Shown here one piece after another: positions 50,218 through 58,430 of a stretch of DNA of 64,000 nucleotides (the stretch's first letter is position 1; each line of letters starts with the position of its first letter). Source of the stretch: Candidatus Kerfeldbacteria bacterium (GTDB lineage: Bacteria > Patescibacteriota > Patescibacteriia > UBA9570 > XYC2-FULL-38-9); NCBI GenBank assembly GCA_016182555.1, contig JACPGJ010000007.1, forward strand, positions 53 to 64,052. Direction: 5' to 3'. The translations under genes were made by a program, and so were the position numbers. The notes below the pieces were generated by a model. The model did not search any database, was not told the DNA's origin, and saw only the letters and a list, made by a program, of their open reading frames with translations.

Positions 50218-50374
50218 TACAATAAATTAGCACAAAATATGAAAAAGACCAATCCACACCAATAAAAAAGGAGTTACCTCGGGGCGTCGAAAAAGAGGCA
50301 ACTCCTTCAATAGAAACGATAGATGAAAACAAAGAGTTTGTCAATAGAGTAAATCTCTCGTAGACTATCTCTAT

Positions 50375-50824
50375 ATGGAATCCATCGTGAACAAATATGC
50401 CCGGTCGAAATATGAAATGCTCGAGTCGTTCGAAGCGGGTTTAGTATTGACCGGCGCTGAAGTGAAGTCTGTGAAAAAAGGGGCAGTGAACCTGAAAAGC
50501 GCCTATATTGGCATTGAACAGGGTGAGTTATGGCTGAAAAACATGCATATTTCTCCGTATCAGCAAGCCAACCAGCCGGGCTATGAACCCGAACGCCCAC
50601 GAAAAATTCTGCTTCGCCGCAGCGAAATTGCGACACTCATGGGAAAATTGCAACAAGAAGGCTTGACATTGATACCAGAAAAAGTGTATAGTAAGCACGG
50701 TATTGTGAAAGTAAATGTCACGCTTGCTCGCGGTTTGAAATTGCATGATAAGCGTCAAAAAATAAAAAAACGGGATACCGAGCGCCAAATGCAACGCATG
50801 ATGAAGCAAAAAATGCATTCATAA
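50375..50824 (+). CDS. smpB: SsrA-binding protein
   Basis: YEMLESFEAGLVLTGAEVKS ... NMHISPY ... RKILLRRSEI. Confidence 0.9.
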   Translation: MESIVNKYARSKYEMLESFEAGLVLTGAEVKSVKKGAVNLKSAYIGIEQGELWLKNMHISPYQQANQPGYEPERPRKILLRRSEIATLMGKLQQEGLTLIPEKVYSKHGIVKVNVTLARGLKLHDKRQKIKKRDTERQMQRMMKQKMHS

Positions 50825-50890
50825 CCTTCACAAACACCGTTTTAACACCCGCTGGTAGCAGCTGCCTGAACCATTTCAGGGCTTCTATAT

Positions 50891-51284
50891 GGGGATGTTA
50901 AACGTTGATGGTCCATTTCAAAAACGAATTGCGTACTGAGTTTATAGTCTCATCAAAACTATCAAATTCTAAGTGCAAACTTAGTGAGCCGCGCAAAGAA
51001 CGCATTTGCCAACGCATTTGCTCCTTCTTTGAATGCGGTACCTGTTGTCGCTTAAATCCGACATCCGTCGCCTGAGTTGATGTCTCATAGGCTCTCTGCG
51101 GCGCAACTTCATGAGACTCACGTTGCCGAGGTGTTTGGCTCGGAAGCGAACATTTGAACAAACTGGGAGTTGCCGTGTTTGGCTCGCTTCAAGCGGCTGT
51201 TCCGAGAATATCAAGCGAGATACGTACGTAGAAATTCGTTCTTTGGGTGACCAGACGCGGGTGTGAGGCCCGCCATCTCCACCA
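50891..51284 (+). ncRNA. ssrA: tmRNA (ssrA), ~394 nt
   Basis: Immediately downstream of smpB. 5' GGGGAUG pairs with 3' CAUCUCC-ACCA; the G3:U wobble is the AlaRS identity pair. T-arm-like GCGGG-UGUGAGG-CCCGC. One candidate tag frame reads ...ANAFAPSLNAVPVVA then TAA at 51053-51055. Confidence 0.7.
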
Positions 51285-51354
51285 ATAATTGTGCCGGCTG
51301 CCGCGCTGCTGGCACTCCCCTCACAGCGTATTTAATCAGTAATTCTCTACACCC

Positions 51355-51873
51355 ATTTCAAACAAAGAATTTCGCAAGAACGAAGAGATTCGCTCGCCAC
51401 AGGTATTCGTGATTAGTGAACAAGGCGAGAAATTAGGCGTCATGTCTATTCAAAGCGCCCTCGATCTTGCACGCGAATCGTTCCTGGATCTTGTCGAAGT
51501 CGGGCCCCAAGCCACACCGCCGGTTGTCAAAATTGTCGATTTTGGCAAGTTACAATACGAGAAAGAGAAACAAGACCGAAAAAATCGCGCTCGATCCAAA
51601 AAAGGTGGCGAGATTAAAGGCATTCGTCTCACGGTGGCAATTAGCGAGCATGACATGAACGTACGTGTGGCATCTGCACAAAAATTTTTGGATAAAGGCG
51701 ATAAGATTAAAGTGGAAATGCGTATGCGTGGGCGTGAAAAAGCTCATCCAGAAGTCGCGCAGAAAACGATTCAGCGCTTTATTGATACACTGGGTCGCGA
51801 CACGGTGCTGGAACAACCGATTAAACGCATGGGCGGCCAGTTCACGGCAATGCTCACACTCAAGAAAAAATAA
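51355..51873 (+). CDS. infC: Translation initiation factor IF-3, probable AUU start
   Basis: Conserved KNEEIRSPQVFVISEQGEKLGVMS lies upstream of the ORF-track GTG (51409) in the same frame. The only start-like codon after in-frame TAA (51340-51342) is ATT at 51355. Confidence 0.8.
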   Translation: MSNKEFRKNEEIRSPQVFVISEQGEKLGVMSIQSALDLARESFLDLVEVGPQATPPVVKIVDFGKLQYEKEKQDRKNRARSKKGGEIKGIRLTVAISEHDMNVRVASAQKFLDKGDKIKVEMRMRGREKAHPEVAQKTIQRFIDTLGRDTVLEQPIKRMGGQFTAMLTLKKK

Positions 51874-51899
51874 TTGAATTTGTAGATATTAACGTATTT

Positions 51900-52106
51900 A
51901 TGCCAAAACGAAAGCACAAAACACATCAAGTCATCGCCAAACGTGTTCGGCGAACAAAGAACGGAAAACGGTCAGGAAAATTGATCATCCGCAAAGCCGG
52001 TCAAGACCATTTCAACGCTCGCGAAAGTGGGAAAACCACTCGCAACAAACGAAAAGATGGTACGGCATCGAAAACGATTACGAAAAATATTCAACGAGTA
52101 ATTTAA
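51900..52106 (+). CDS. rpmI: 50S ribosomal protein L35
   Basis: MPKRKHKTHQVIAKRVRRTKNGK. Confidence 0.9.
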   Translation: MPKRKHKTHQVIAKRVRRTKNGKRSGKLIIRKAGQDHFNARESGKTTRNKRKDGTASKTITKNIQRVI

Positions 52107-52125
52107 CGGCTACCAGAGCAAATAT

Positions 52126-52476
52126 ATGGCAAGAGTAAAACGAGGATCATCTCACACAAAACATCGCAGTGGTATTTTAAAACAAGCGAAAGGATACTAT
52201 GCTGGCCGCAAAAATTTAATTCGCCAGGCGAAAAACGCGGTACGCAAATCTGGCCAACGCGCATACGACCACCGCAAACAGAAGAAACGCACACGCCGCG
52301 CATTATGGCAAGTGAAGATTAACGCTGCTGCCCGCGCTGCAGGCATAAACTACAGCACATTCATGAACGCATTGACCAAGAAAAACATTTTGGTGGACCG
52401 CAAAATTCTGGCAACGCTGGCAGAACACCACCCCGCATTGTTTGATAAAATTGTTGCTGAAGTAAAAAAGAAATAG
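52126..52476 (+). CDS. rplT: 50S ribosomal protein L20
   Basis: MARVKRGSSHTKHR ... typical L20. Confidence 0.9.
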   Translation: MARVKRGSSHTKHRSGILKQAKGYYAGRKNLIRQAKNAVRKSGQRAYDHRKQKKRTRRALWQVKINAAARAAGINYSTFMNALTKKNILVDRKILATLAEHHPALFDKIVAEVKKK

Positions 52477-52493
52477 AGAATAGACAACCCATC

Positions 52494-52539
52494 GGCAATA
52501 CGATATACTCTGTGGTGCGTCATCGTATATCGTATTGCC
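52494..52539 (+). terminator. Perfect 14-15-bp hairpin (GGCAATACGATATA...TATATCGTATTGCC) between rplT and tRNA-Asp
   Basis: Seen directly. Only a short TTT follows. Terminator or processing structure. Confidence 0.4.
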
Positions 52540-52545
52540 CCATTT

Positions 52546-52619
52546 GGGGGTGTAGCTCAGTTGGTTAGAGCGCTTCCCTGTCACGGAAGAGGCCGCGGGT
52601 TCGAGTCCCGTCACTCCCG
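52546..52619 (+). tRNA. tRNA-Asp (anticodon GTC)
   Basis: Cloverleaf: acceptor GGGGGUG/CACUCCC with G73, U8-A9, D-arm GCUCAGUUGGUUAGAGC, anticodon stem CUUCC/GGAAG, loop CUGUCAC, T-arm GCGGG-UUCGAGU-CCCGU. CCA not encoded. Confidence 0.9.
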
Positions 52620-52650
52620 CAAACGGAACCTTGTTCGAACGAAAAAAGAA
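52611..52650 (+). repeat. attL-like direct repeat: tRNA-Asp 3' end plus downstream flank (core CTCCCGCAAACGGAA)
   Basis: Copied imperfectly at 57411-57450: 15-nt identical core and about 36 of 42 positions overall. Confidence 0.6.
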
Positions 52651-52737
52651 AGCCGCTAGTCATAACGATTTTTCTTGTTGGAAAGACAAAGCAACATTAC
52701 TCTATTCAAAACAGAGTGATTTAGGTATTATAGGATT

Positions 52738-53002
52738 ATGACTTTTACTGAAAAAGAAAATATTATTAAACAAGCAGCTAAGCAGTATACTCGAGAGCAT
52801 AAGAAAGAATTTTATGAAAAAGTTGTTATCAAAAATATTTTCCCAGAAAGAAACAAAAACAGATCCGTTTTCAGATTTTTTTAGAAACACAGATTCTCGT
52901 CACAAAACCAAAGTATTAAAAAAAGTGGCAAGAAAGGCAAATGAAGATCAGCGAAAATTAATAGAAAAAAATCATCGCTTATCTGGCGATTCTGCAATAT
53001 AA
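52738..53002 (+). pseudogene. Two overlapping small ORFs (48 and 62 aa) just 3' of tRNA-Asp; possibly one frameshifted gene
   Basis: ORF 52738..52884 and ORF 52814..53002 are in different frames and overlap by about 70 nt. Confidence 0.25.
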
Positions 53003-53163
53003 TATTGGTGTTGCAATACATCCACTCAGAGAACGAAATATATTATTGATTATCATGTTCAAATAAAGACATATTCCTAGAATAATATGCATATTTAAAG
53101 TAAAAAAAGATCCGCCTATTGCCTCCACAATAGACGGATTTTATTACGTGAAAATGTGCGCTC

Positions 53164-53652
53164 TCACTTGCGGTCAAGCTCAATAATTGCTCGAGCGACC
53201 GCTTTGACAGCCGCATTGAGTGCGGCGCCTGTTTGCCCCACAGCGAGGAATGACCGGAGAAAGGACATCCCTCTCCCTATATCCTCCGCCGCACACGATC
53301 GCGTGTACGCCTGCTCTTTCCAGAGGAGAAAGTAGGCAAGATTTCCTCCTTCTCCTTTGTACTCTCCTGCTTTCGCCTTTCGCGCGGCAGCGGTCATGAG
53401 TGCTTCGAGGGACATCCGTGCTTCGCCCTCGAGCCTGAGCGTGTCTTCCAACACGAGCAGTCCGTTCCACATGACACTCCGCTTCTCTTGAGGCAGCCCA
53501 GCGAGGATCTGCTCTTTAGTGATCACAGCAAGCAACTTTTCTCGCCCATCACTTTCTTTCCTCACCTGTTCCGCAATTTCTGCAGGCGTCCCTTGATATG
53601 CCTGCCACACGTTCAAATCACCAGTCTCAACCGTACACTGAATCTGAAACAT
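53164..53652 (-). CDS. Hypothetical protein (162 aa), GC-rich, in the tRNA-Asp island
   Basis: ORF with clearly elevated GC. No recognisable motif. Confidence 0.45.
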   Translation of the reverse strand: MFQIQCTVETGDLNVWQAYQGTPAEIAEQVRKESDGREKLLAVITKEQILAGLPQEKRSVMWNGLLVLEDTLRLEGEARMSLEALMTAAARKAKAGEYKGEGGNLAYFLLWKEQAYTRSCAAEDIGRGMSFLRSFLAVGQTGAALNAAVKAVARAIIELDRK

Positions 53653-53836
53653 ATTTTCTCCTCCTTCTTCGAATTCCTCTTCGTAAGGTTTCCGCCAGCG
53701 AGACCACCCCGCCTACGCTACCTGCCAAAAATTAATTGCCTATTTTAGAATTCTGTAATGCACCCACCAGAGGATGGTGAACGACTTCCCGGTTACCATG
53801 TGAACACCGGGCATTTGGTAGGGACGAAAGGCTAAA

Positions 53837-54388
53837 CTAGAGATATCGTCTTGGAATCCAGTCGTCCTTTACGAATTCTCGACTTCCTTTCGGAAGCAGA
53901 ATTTCATAATCGAACTCGGAATCCATGTAAGAGAACACTGTCGGTTTTTCACCAACAATTATCTCTTCGTGGCCGATACGCTGCTTCCCTTTTGGAAAAG
54001 CAAAGTACCGTTCGATGGTACCGCCATGGTTGTGGTTGGTTATATCGAATACCACCAAACCATGGGTTGATGGAATACGACGAGCTGCAGCTTGCACTTC
54101 AGAAGGAATCTCCTCATCGAGAGTAACAGCTTCCTTTTTCCCCTCAGTCACGAACAGCTGTACGAGCTTGTCCACGTCTTTGGGAAGATTGCAAGTTCTT
54201 CGGCATTTCCCGTCACATTTCCCTTCCACCCTGTACCTGTGCTGGCGGTGCCCAGCATAGAGGTCGTGTGCGATGTGGACATTTCCCACACAGATGTATT
54301 CCACCACGAGAGCGGACTCACCACGCTCCGTCTCATATTCCCTCTCATAGACGAAACCACGGATTGCAGTAATCTTCGAGGTCTTCAT
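53837..54388 (-). CDS. Hypothetical protein (183 aa), GC-rich, His/Cys-rich segment VHIAHDLYAGHRQHRY...GKCDGKC..C
   Basis: ORF with elevated GC. Possible metal-binding cluster. No family assigned. Confidence 0.45.
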   Translation of the reverse strand: MKTSKITAIRGFVYEREYETERGESALVVEYICVGNVHIAHDLYAGHRQHRYRVEGKCDGKCRRTCNLPKDVDKLVQLFVTEGKKEAVTLDEEIPSEVQAAARRIPSTHGLVVFDITNHNHGGTIERYFAFPKGKQRIGHEEIIVGEKPTVFSYMDSEFDYEILLPKGSREFVKDDWIPRRYL

Positions 54389-54589
54389 AGCGTCCTCCTT
54401 CAGTTGTCAAATTTCTTTCTTCAATGTCGAGCTCATCCCGTCACTGAAGAACTGGATATAGTATCCCAAATGCGTAAAAAAGTGAATACAAGTTATTTCA
54501 AAATTTATACATTTTTATTTTATATTTGATTTATTTATAAAAAAATGATATAATTTAAATTGACAAAATAATCAAAAACATTCAAATTT

Positions 54590-55339
54590 ATGAATATCCA
54601 CAAACGTTTACAAAGCATTGGCCTGACTCAATCAGAAACCGACATCTACCTCTTTCTCCTCCAAAATAGCCTTTCCTCTCCCCCTGTCATTGCAAAAGGC
54701 ACCGGAATTGCCCGCACCAATTGCTATCACATTCTCCAAAGTCTCAAAGAAAAACAATTGATATCCGAACAATCCATCTCAAAAGGAAAACGCAAAGCCT
54801 ATGTTGCTTGCGATCCACAGGCGCTCATCGAATCAATGAACCGAAAAACTGCAGCAGCGCAAGAATTGCTTCCTGATCTAAGAGCCCTATATACCGTACA
54901 AAAAAATAAACCGCTTATCCGATTCTTTGATGGATTTGAAGAGGTAAAGCAGATCTATGATCAATCGCTCACAGCAAAAAAAATTATGGGAATTGGTTCA
55001 ACAAAGCGCTTACAAGAACTCGATCCGCAATTCTATACGCATTATCTAAAACAAGTGCAAAAAAAAGGAATTGTATTTTATGATATTCTTTCACATCCAT
55101 CTGGCGAACATGCCGGCCCACACATGAAACAAATTGTGAAAGGATTATATGATATGAAACTAATCCCAAAGCAGTATGGCGATTTTGCAACAGATATATT
55201 AATTTGGGAAGATACAATCGCTCTCCTTACACTCGAAGAACCCATTTTTGGCACTACACTCACCAATCCTCTTCTTGCCAACACATTTTTGCTTCTCTTT
55301 AAAGTGTTCTGGGAACAATTGTCGAATTTTGATAATTGA
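54590..55339 (+). CDS. TrmB-family transcriptional regulator
   Basis: N-terminal wHTH LTQSETDIYLFLLQNS...IAKGTGIARTNCYHILQSLKEKQLI. TTGACA about 30 nt upstream. Confidence 0.65.
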   Translation: MNIHKRLQSIGLTQSETDIYLFLLQNSLSSPPVIAKGTGIARTNCYHILQSLKEKQLISEQSISKGKRKAYVACDPQALIESMNRKTAAAQELLPDLRALYTVQKNKPLIRFFDGFEEVKQIYDQSLTAKKIMGIGSTKRLQELDPQFYTHYLKQVQKKGIVFYDILSHPSGEHAGPHMKQIVKGLYDMKLIPKQYGDFATDILIWEDTIALLTLEEPIFGTTLTNPLLANTFLLLFKVFWEQLSNFDN

Positions 55340-55479
55340 TTTTTATGGTAATGAGAAGGAAGGCAGCGGTTGCTTCCCCCGCGCCAACAATGCCTTCCTT
55401 TCCTTCACTCATTTCGCAATTTTTCTATATAACACATTCGAGCAGCAGATAATAAGTTCCGAAAATTTCGGAAAGAAAA

Positions 55480-55549
55480 ATATAGTGTAAACAGGGTGGG
55501 GTTAATCTATGTTCATTTGAGGCACCACCCCTTACACACTATATTTTTT
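55480..55549. terminator. Bidirectional terminator-like long hairpin (ATATAGTGT..GGGTGG / CCACCC..ACACTATAT), A-run before and T6 after, between convergent TrmB genes
   Basis: Inverted repeat and flanking runs seen directly. Confidence 0.5.
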
Positions 55550-55637
55550 GTAACACCCATCTCATCTGTCCTATTGCTAATAAAGTGCTAGATTCAGGTG
55601 TTTAGCTTGAGTTTCATAGCTTTATAAAATTATCTTC

Positions 55638-56432
55638 TTATTTTTGCAATCGCTTACGAATATCTTGATCAAATTTTTCTGAATATTCAAAGGCGAATTC
55701 AAACATTTTTTGTAAGCAATCGGCTATGGGTTTACTTTTAATGACAAGTGCGAAATTTTCTTCGTAAGAAAAAAATATCACCGTGTGCTTATATACATTC
55801 ACTTCAATAGGATAATTACATTCGGCAGGAATAAGTCTAGAATGACGAATATGTTTCTGTTCTGTTTCAAGAGTATGTTGAATATTAAATAGTGTCGCAG
55901 GAATAATAGCTTTCACAGAAATTTTCTTTGCAACACGTTTTTTATAATAATCGGGATATAGGGATGGTAAATATTTCAATTCATCTTCATTACTTCCATA
56001 CCCAATAATGTGATCTGCTTCTTCCAATACTTGTAAAAACGCTTTCTTCATTCCTTCTTTTCCTTCATAGTAATACATTTTCGGTTTTACGGTTTCATAT
56101 TGCTGCATGGCGCGCAATTCTGGCAGCGCTGACTGAATTTTTTGTTCTTGATCTTTCAGTTGTTGCTGACGCTGTTGCACAAAACGGAGAATTTCAGTTG
56201 GATCATCAACAGAAAAGAGATACGTATTTTTTCTTTTCATGCGCTTCACAATATGAAACTCATTACTCAATTTCTGTAGCGCAAGTAATACAGTTGTTTT
56301 AGGAATTTCTAATCTTCGCGCTATTTCTGACGCCTTCTGTGGACTTTTTTTAAGCAATTGTATATAGCAGTGTATTTCCAACTCATCGAGTCCGATATTT
56401 TGTAGAAGGTTGGAAATTGATTGTTCTTTCAT
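55638..56432 (-). CDS. TrmB-family transcriptional regulator (second copy)
   Basis: wHTH LDELEIHCYIQLLKKSPQKASEIARRLEIPKTTVLLALQKL. Confidence 0.65.
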   Translation of the reverse strand: MKEQSISNLLQNIGLDELEIHCYIQLLKKSPQKASEIARRLEIPKTTVLLALQKLSNEFHIVKRMKRKNTYLFSVDDPTEILRFVQQRQQQLKDQEQKIQSALPELRAMQQYETVKPKMYYYEGKEGMKKAFLQVLEEADHIIGYGSNEDELKYLPSLYPDYYKKRVAKKISVKAIIPATLFNIQHTLETEQKHIRHSRLIPAECNYPIEVNVYKHTVIFFSYEENFALVIKSKPIADCLQKMFEFAFEYSEKFDQDIRKRLQK

Positions 56433-56573
56433 ATATCGTCAAAAATTGTTGATGTTTTTTTATCTTTCTTTAGCAAAAATAATGAATATAAATATAAAAT
56501 AAATATACATTATTGTTACCCTATACAGTTATAGTATGTTTGTAAAGCACCTATACAATTCGTGGGGTAACAT

Positions 56574-56795
56574 ATGACATTCCACACTCTTCTTCTTGCA
56601 TTGCTCTATGGTTTTGGTATCACATTCATCAGCTATCCATTGAACGCATGGGAGTACAAATGTCCACGAAGAAAAGCTCTATTCTTTTGTGTAGGAGTAA
56701 TTCTACTGGGTATATATCTGTATTACGATACAATTTCTATACCCGCGCAAACTGATAAACCGCATAAGAAAGGAAATGTACAATGTCAGGAATAA
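56574..56795 (+). CDS. Small membrane protein (73 aa)
   Basis: Two hydrophobic helices. ORF only. Confidence 0.35.
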   Translation: MTFHTLLLALLYGFGITFISYPLNAWEYKCPRRKALFFCVGVILLGIYLYYDTISIPAQTDKPHKKGNVQCQE

Positions 56796-57229
56796 CATTC
56801 CTCATCATTATGTGTGTATATGCCATACACATTGGGATCGCACTCAAGGTTGCAGAGTACATGCGCAAACACCAAACTCCGGAAGGCGCAAAAGAATGGT
56901 CAGTATTTAGCATCATGGGAGCGTTTGGGATAATTGTTCTGTTAGCTCCCAGCGATTCACCTTATTCAGCTCTCTGGCAAATGGATATAGGCGATATCGC
57001 GCTTATCGCATTCTCCGTAACCTATGCGATGATGTATCTTGGTTGGGGCATGATGCAGTGGCATCTCTACAAGATGAACAAATTGTGGAGAGCTCGTTTC
57101 AAACGGAGCATCTTTCTGAGTATCAGTGTCGGACTATTCCTTATATCTGGACTATACACCACCGCACTGCTCAAAAATGCTCCTCACTACTCTCCACCCA
57201 AAAAAGTATGTACTTGTGATTGTTCATAA
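56783..57229 (+). CDS. Small membrane protein (148 aa, 4 TM)
   Basis: Hydrophobic helices. Overlaps the previous ORF by 13 nt. Confidence 0.4.
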   Translation: MSGITFLIIMCVYAIHIGIALKVAEYMRKHQTPEGAKEWSVFSIMGAFGIIVLLAPSDSPYSALWQMDIGDIALIAFSVTYAMMYLGWGMMQWHLYKMNKLWRARFKRSIFLSISVGLFLISGLYTTALLKNAPHYSPPKKVCTCDCS

Positions 57230-57320
57230 GTAGTGATGAAATGGTTCGGCAGTACCAGTTGCGTTGAGAGCTTAGGAGGAGCTTTCCGCACAAAACTGCC
57301 TTTTTTATTTTAAACAGGAT

Positions 57321-57352
57321 GAAAGATATAGTGTGAAGGGGGTGGGGTTAAT
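57321..57352. repeat. Second copy of GAAAGA-ATAGTGT-GGG-GTGGGGTTAAT motif (first copy at 55471-55506)
   Basis: About 27 of 32 positions shared. Sits about 60 bp before the attR-like repeat. Confidence 0.45.
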
Positions 57353-57410
57353 ACAAAAAACTAGACTCCCATTTATTAATATTCTCCACCCAAAATGTTC
57401 AAACAGCGTT

Positions 57411-57450
57411 CACTTGCTCCCGCAAACGGAATATTATTCGAACAAAACAT
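57411..57450 (+). repeat. attR-like direct repeat of the tRNA-Asp 3' end/flank
   Basis: CACTTGCTCCCGCAAACGGAATATTATTCGAACAAAACAT versus tRNA-flank TCACTCCCGCAAACGGAACCTTGTTCGAACGAAAAAAG. Confidence 0.6.
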
Positions 57451-57509
57451 GAAACATACGCTATCTTTTTGACAATGAAGCTATTTTTAGGTATCTTCTA
57501 TATATTCAT

Positions 57510-57689
57510 ATGTCAAAAAAAGATATCGTAAAAGCTTTACAGAAGTATCAAAAATCTCGTCCGAATAGCACCCTGCGACGCAATTATTTGCGTTCATTCA
57601 CACCGAAGATGATTTATCGTACAACAAAAACAGAAAATCCAACCACAACAAAGGCATTAGTGAAAAAAATCTTAGATCAACTCTCATAA
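57510..57689 (+). CDS. Small ORF (59 aa) upstream of fic; candidate FicA-like antitoxin
   Basis: TTKTEN matches the inhibitory [ST]xxxE[GN] motif. Ends 3 nt before the fic ATG. Below the ORF-track size cutoff. Confidence 0.45.
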   Translation: MSKKDIVKALQKYQKSRPNSTLRRNYLRSFTPKMIYRTTKTENPTTTKALVKKILDQLS

Positions 57690-57692
57690 GGT

Positions 57693-58310
57693 ATGCCAAA
57701 AGGCAGGGGTGAAACGAGTTATAAAGATACTGCTTTTGGCATCATTCCTCGTTCAAAACTCATTCCATTAGAAATAGAGGGTATTAAACGTGTCTGGGAT
57801 TTTGTTTTACAGAAACGCCAACAATCTAAAATTCCACTTACTCCAGAATTTCTCAAAAAAATTCATCACGTGGGTTTTGCATGGATATTTCCAGAGATAG
57901 GAGGAAAATTTAGAACTATTGATGTTGAAGTCTCTTTACATACTCCTCCGAAATTTTATCTTGTACCCCAACTCATGAAAGATTTTTGTAATGACTTAAA
58001 AGAACGACTGAAGCATCTTCCATCTATTCAAGAAGAAAACTATCTTGATGAATTAAGTGAATTACTGGCATGGACGCATCACCGATTCCTGTGGATTCAT
58101 CCATTTGCAGATTATAATGGTCGTATTGGTCGTTTGTTAATAAACATTGTGTTATTGAACTTAGATTTGCCAACGATTGAACTACAAGTAGAAACTCCAG
58201 CTGCAAGAAAACGCTATGTGAAAGCGCTACAGGCTGCTGACGAGTATAATCTTGCGCCATTGAAAAAAATAATTGAAAAAGCAATTGAAGAAGCTGTTAA
58301 AGAAATTTAG
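57693..58310 (+). CDS. fic: Fic/Doc-family protein (AMPylator-type)
   Basis: Fic motif HPFADYNGRIGR (HPFx[DE]GNGRxxR). Confidence 0.85.
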   Translation: MPKGRGETSYKDTAFGIIPRSKLIPLEIEGIKRVWDFVLQKRQQSKIPLTPEFLKKIHHVGFAWIFPEIGGKFRTIDVEVSLHTPPKFYLVPQLMKDFCNDLKERLKHLPSIQEENYLDELSELLAWTHHRFLWIHPFADYNGRIGRLLINIVLLNLDLPTIELQVETPAARKRYVKALQAADEYNLAPLKKIIEKAIEEAVKEI

Positions 58311-58430
58311 CCCAGGGTTTAATCATTAAAACCAAAAAACTAAATTCCCACGGATTACCATGCTGCATCCAAAAAGTTCGAAAAACGGAGTACTTGCCAC
58401 GCCACTGCTTCAATTCTAACTTCTTGCGCG

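Noticed and set aside
50307-50636. 109-aa minus ORF
   Set aside because: Antisense to smpB, which has an unambiguous motif set.
52303-52614. 103-aa minus-strand ORF covering rplT 3' end and tRNA-Asp
   Set aside because: Antisense to rplT and the tRNA gene.
52620-57450. Looked for an integrase, recombinase or transposase to go with the att-like repeats
   Set aside because: No tyrosine or serine recombinase motifs in any frame of the island. It is therefore called a remnant island, not an intact mobile element.
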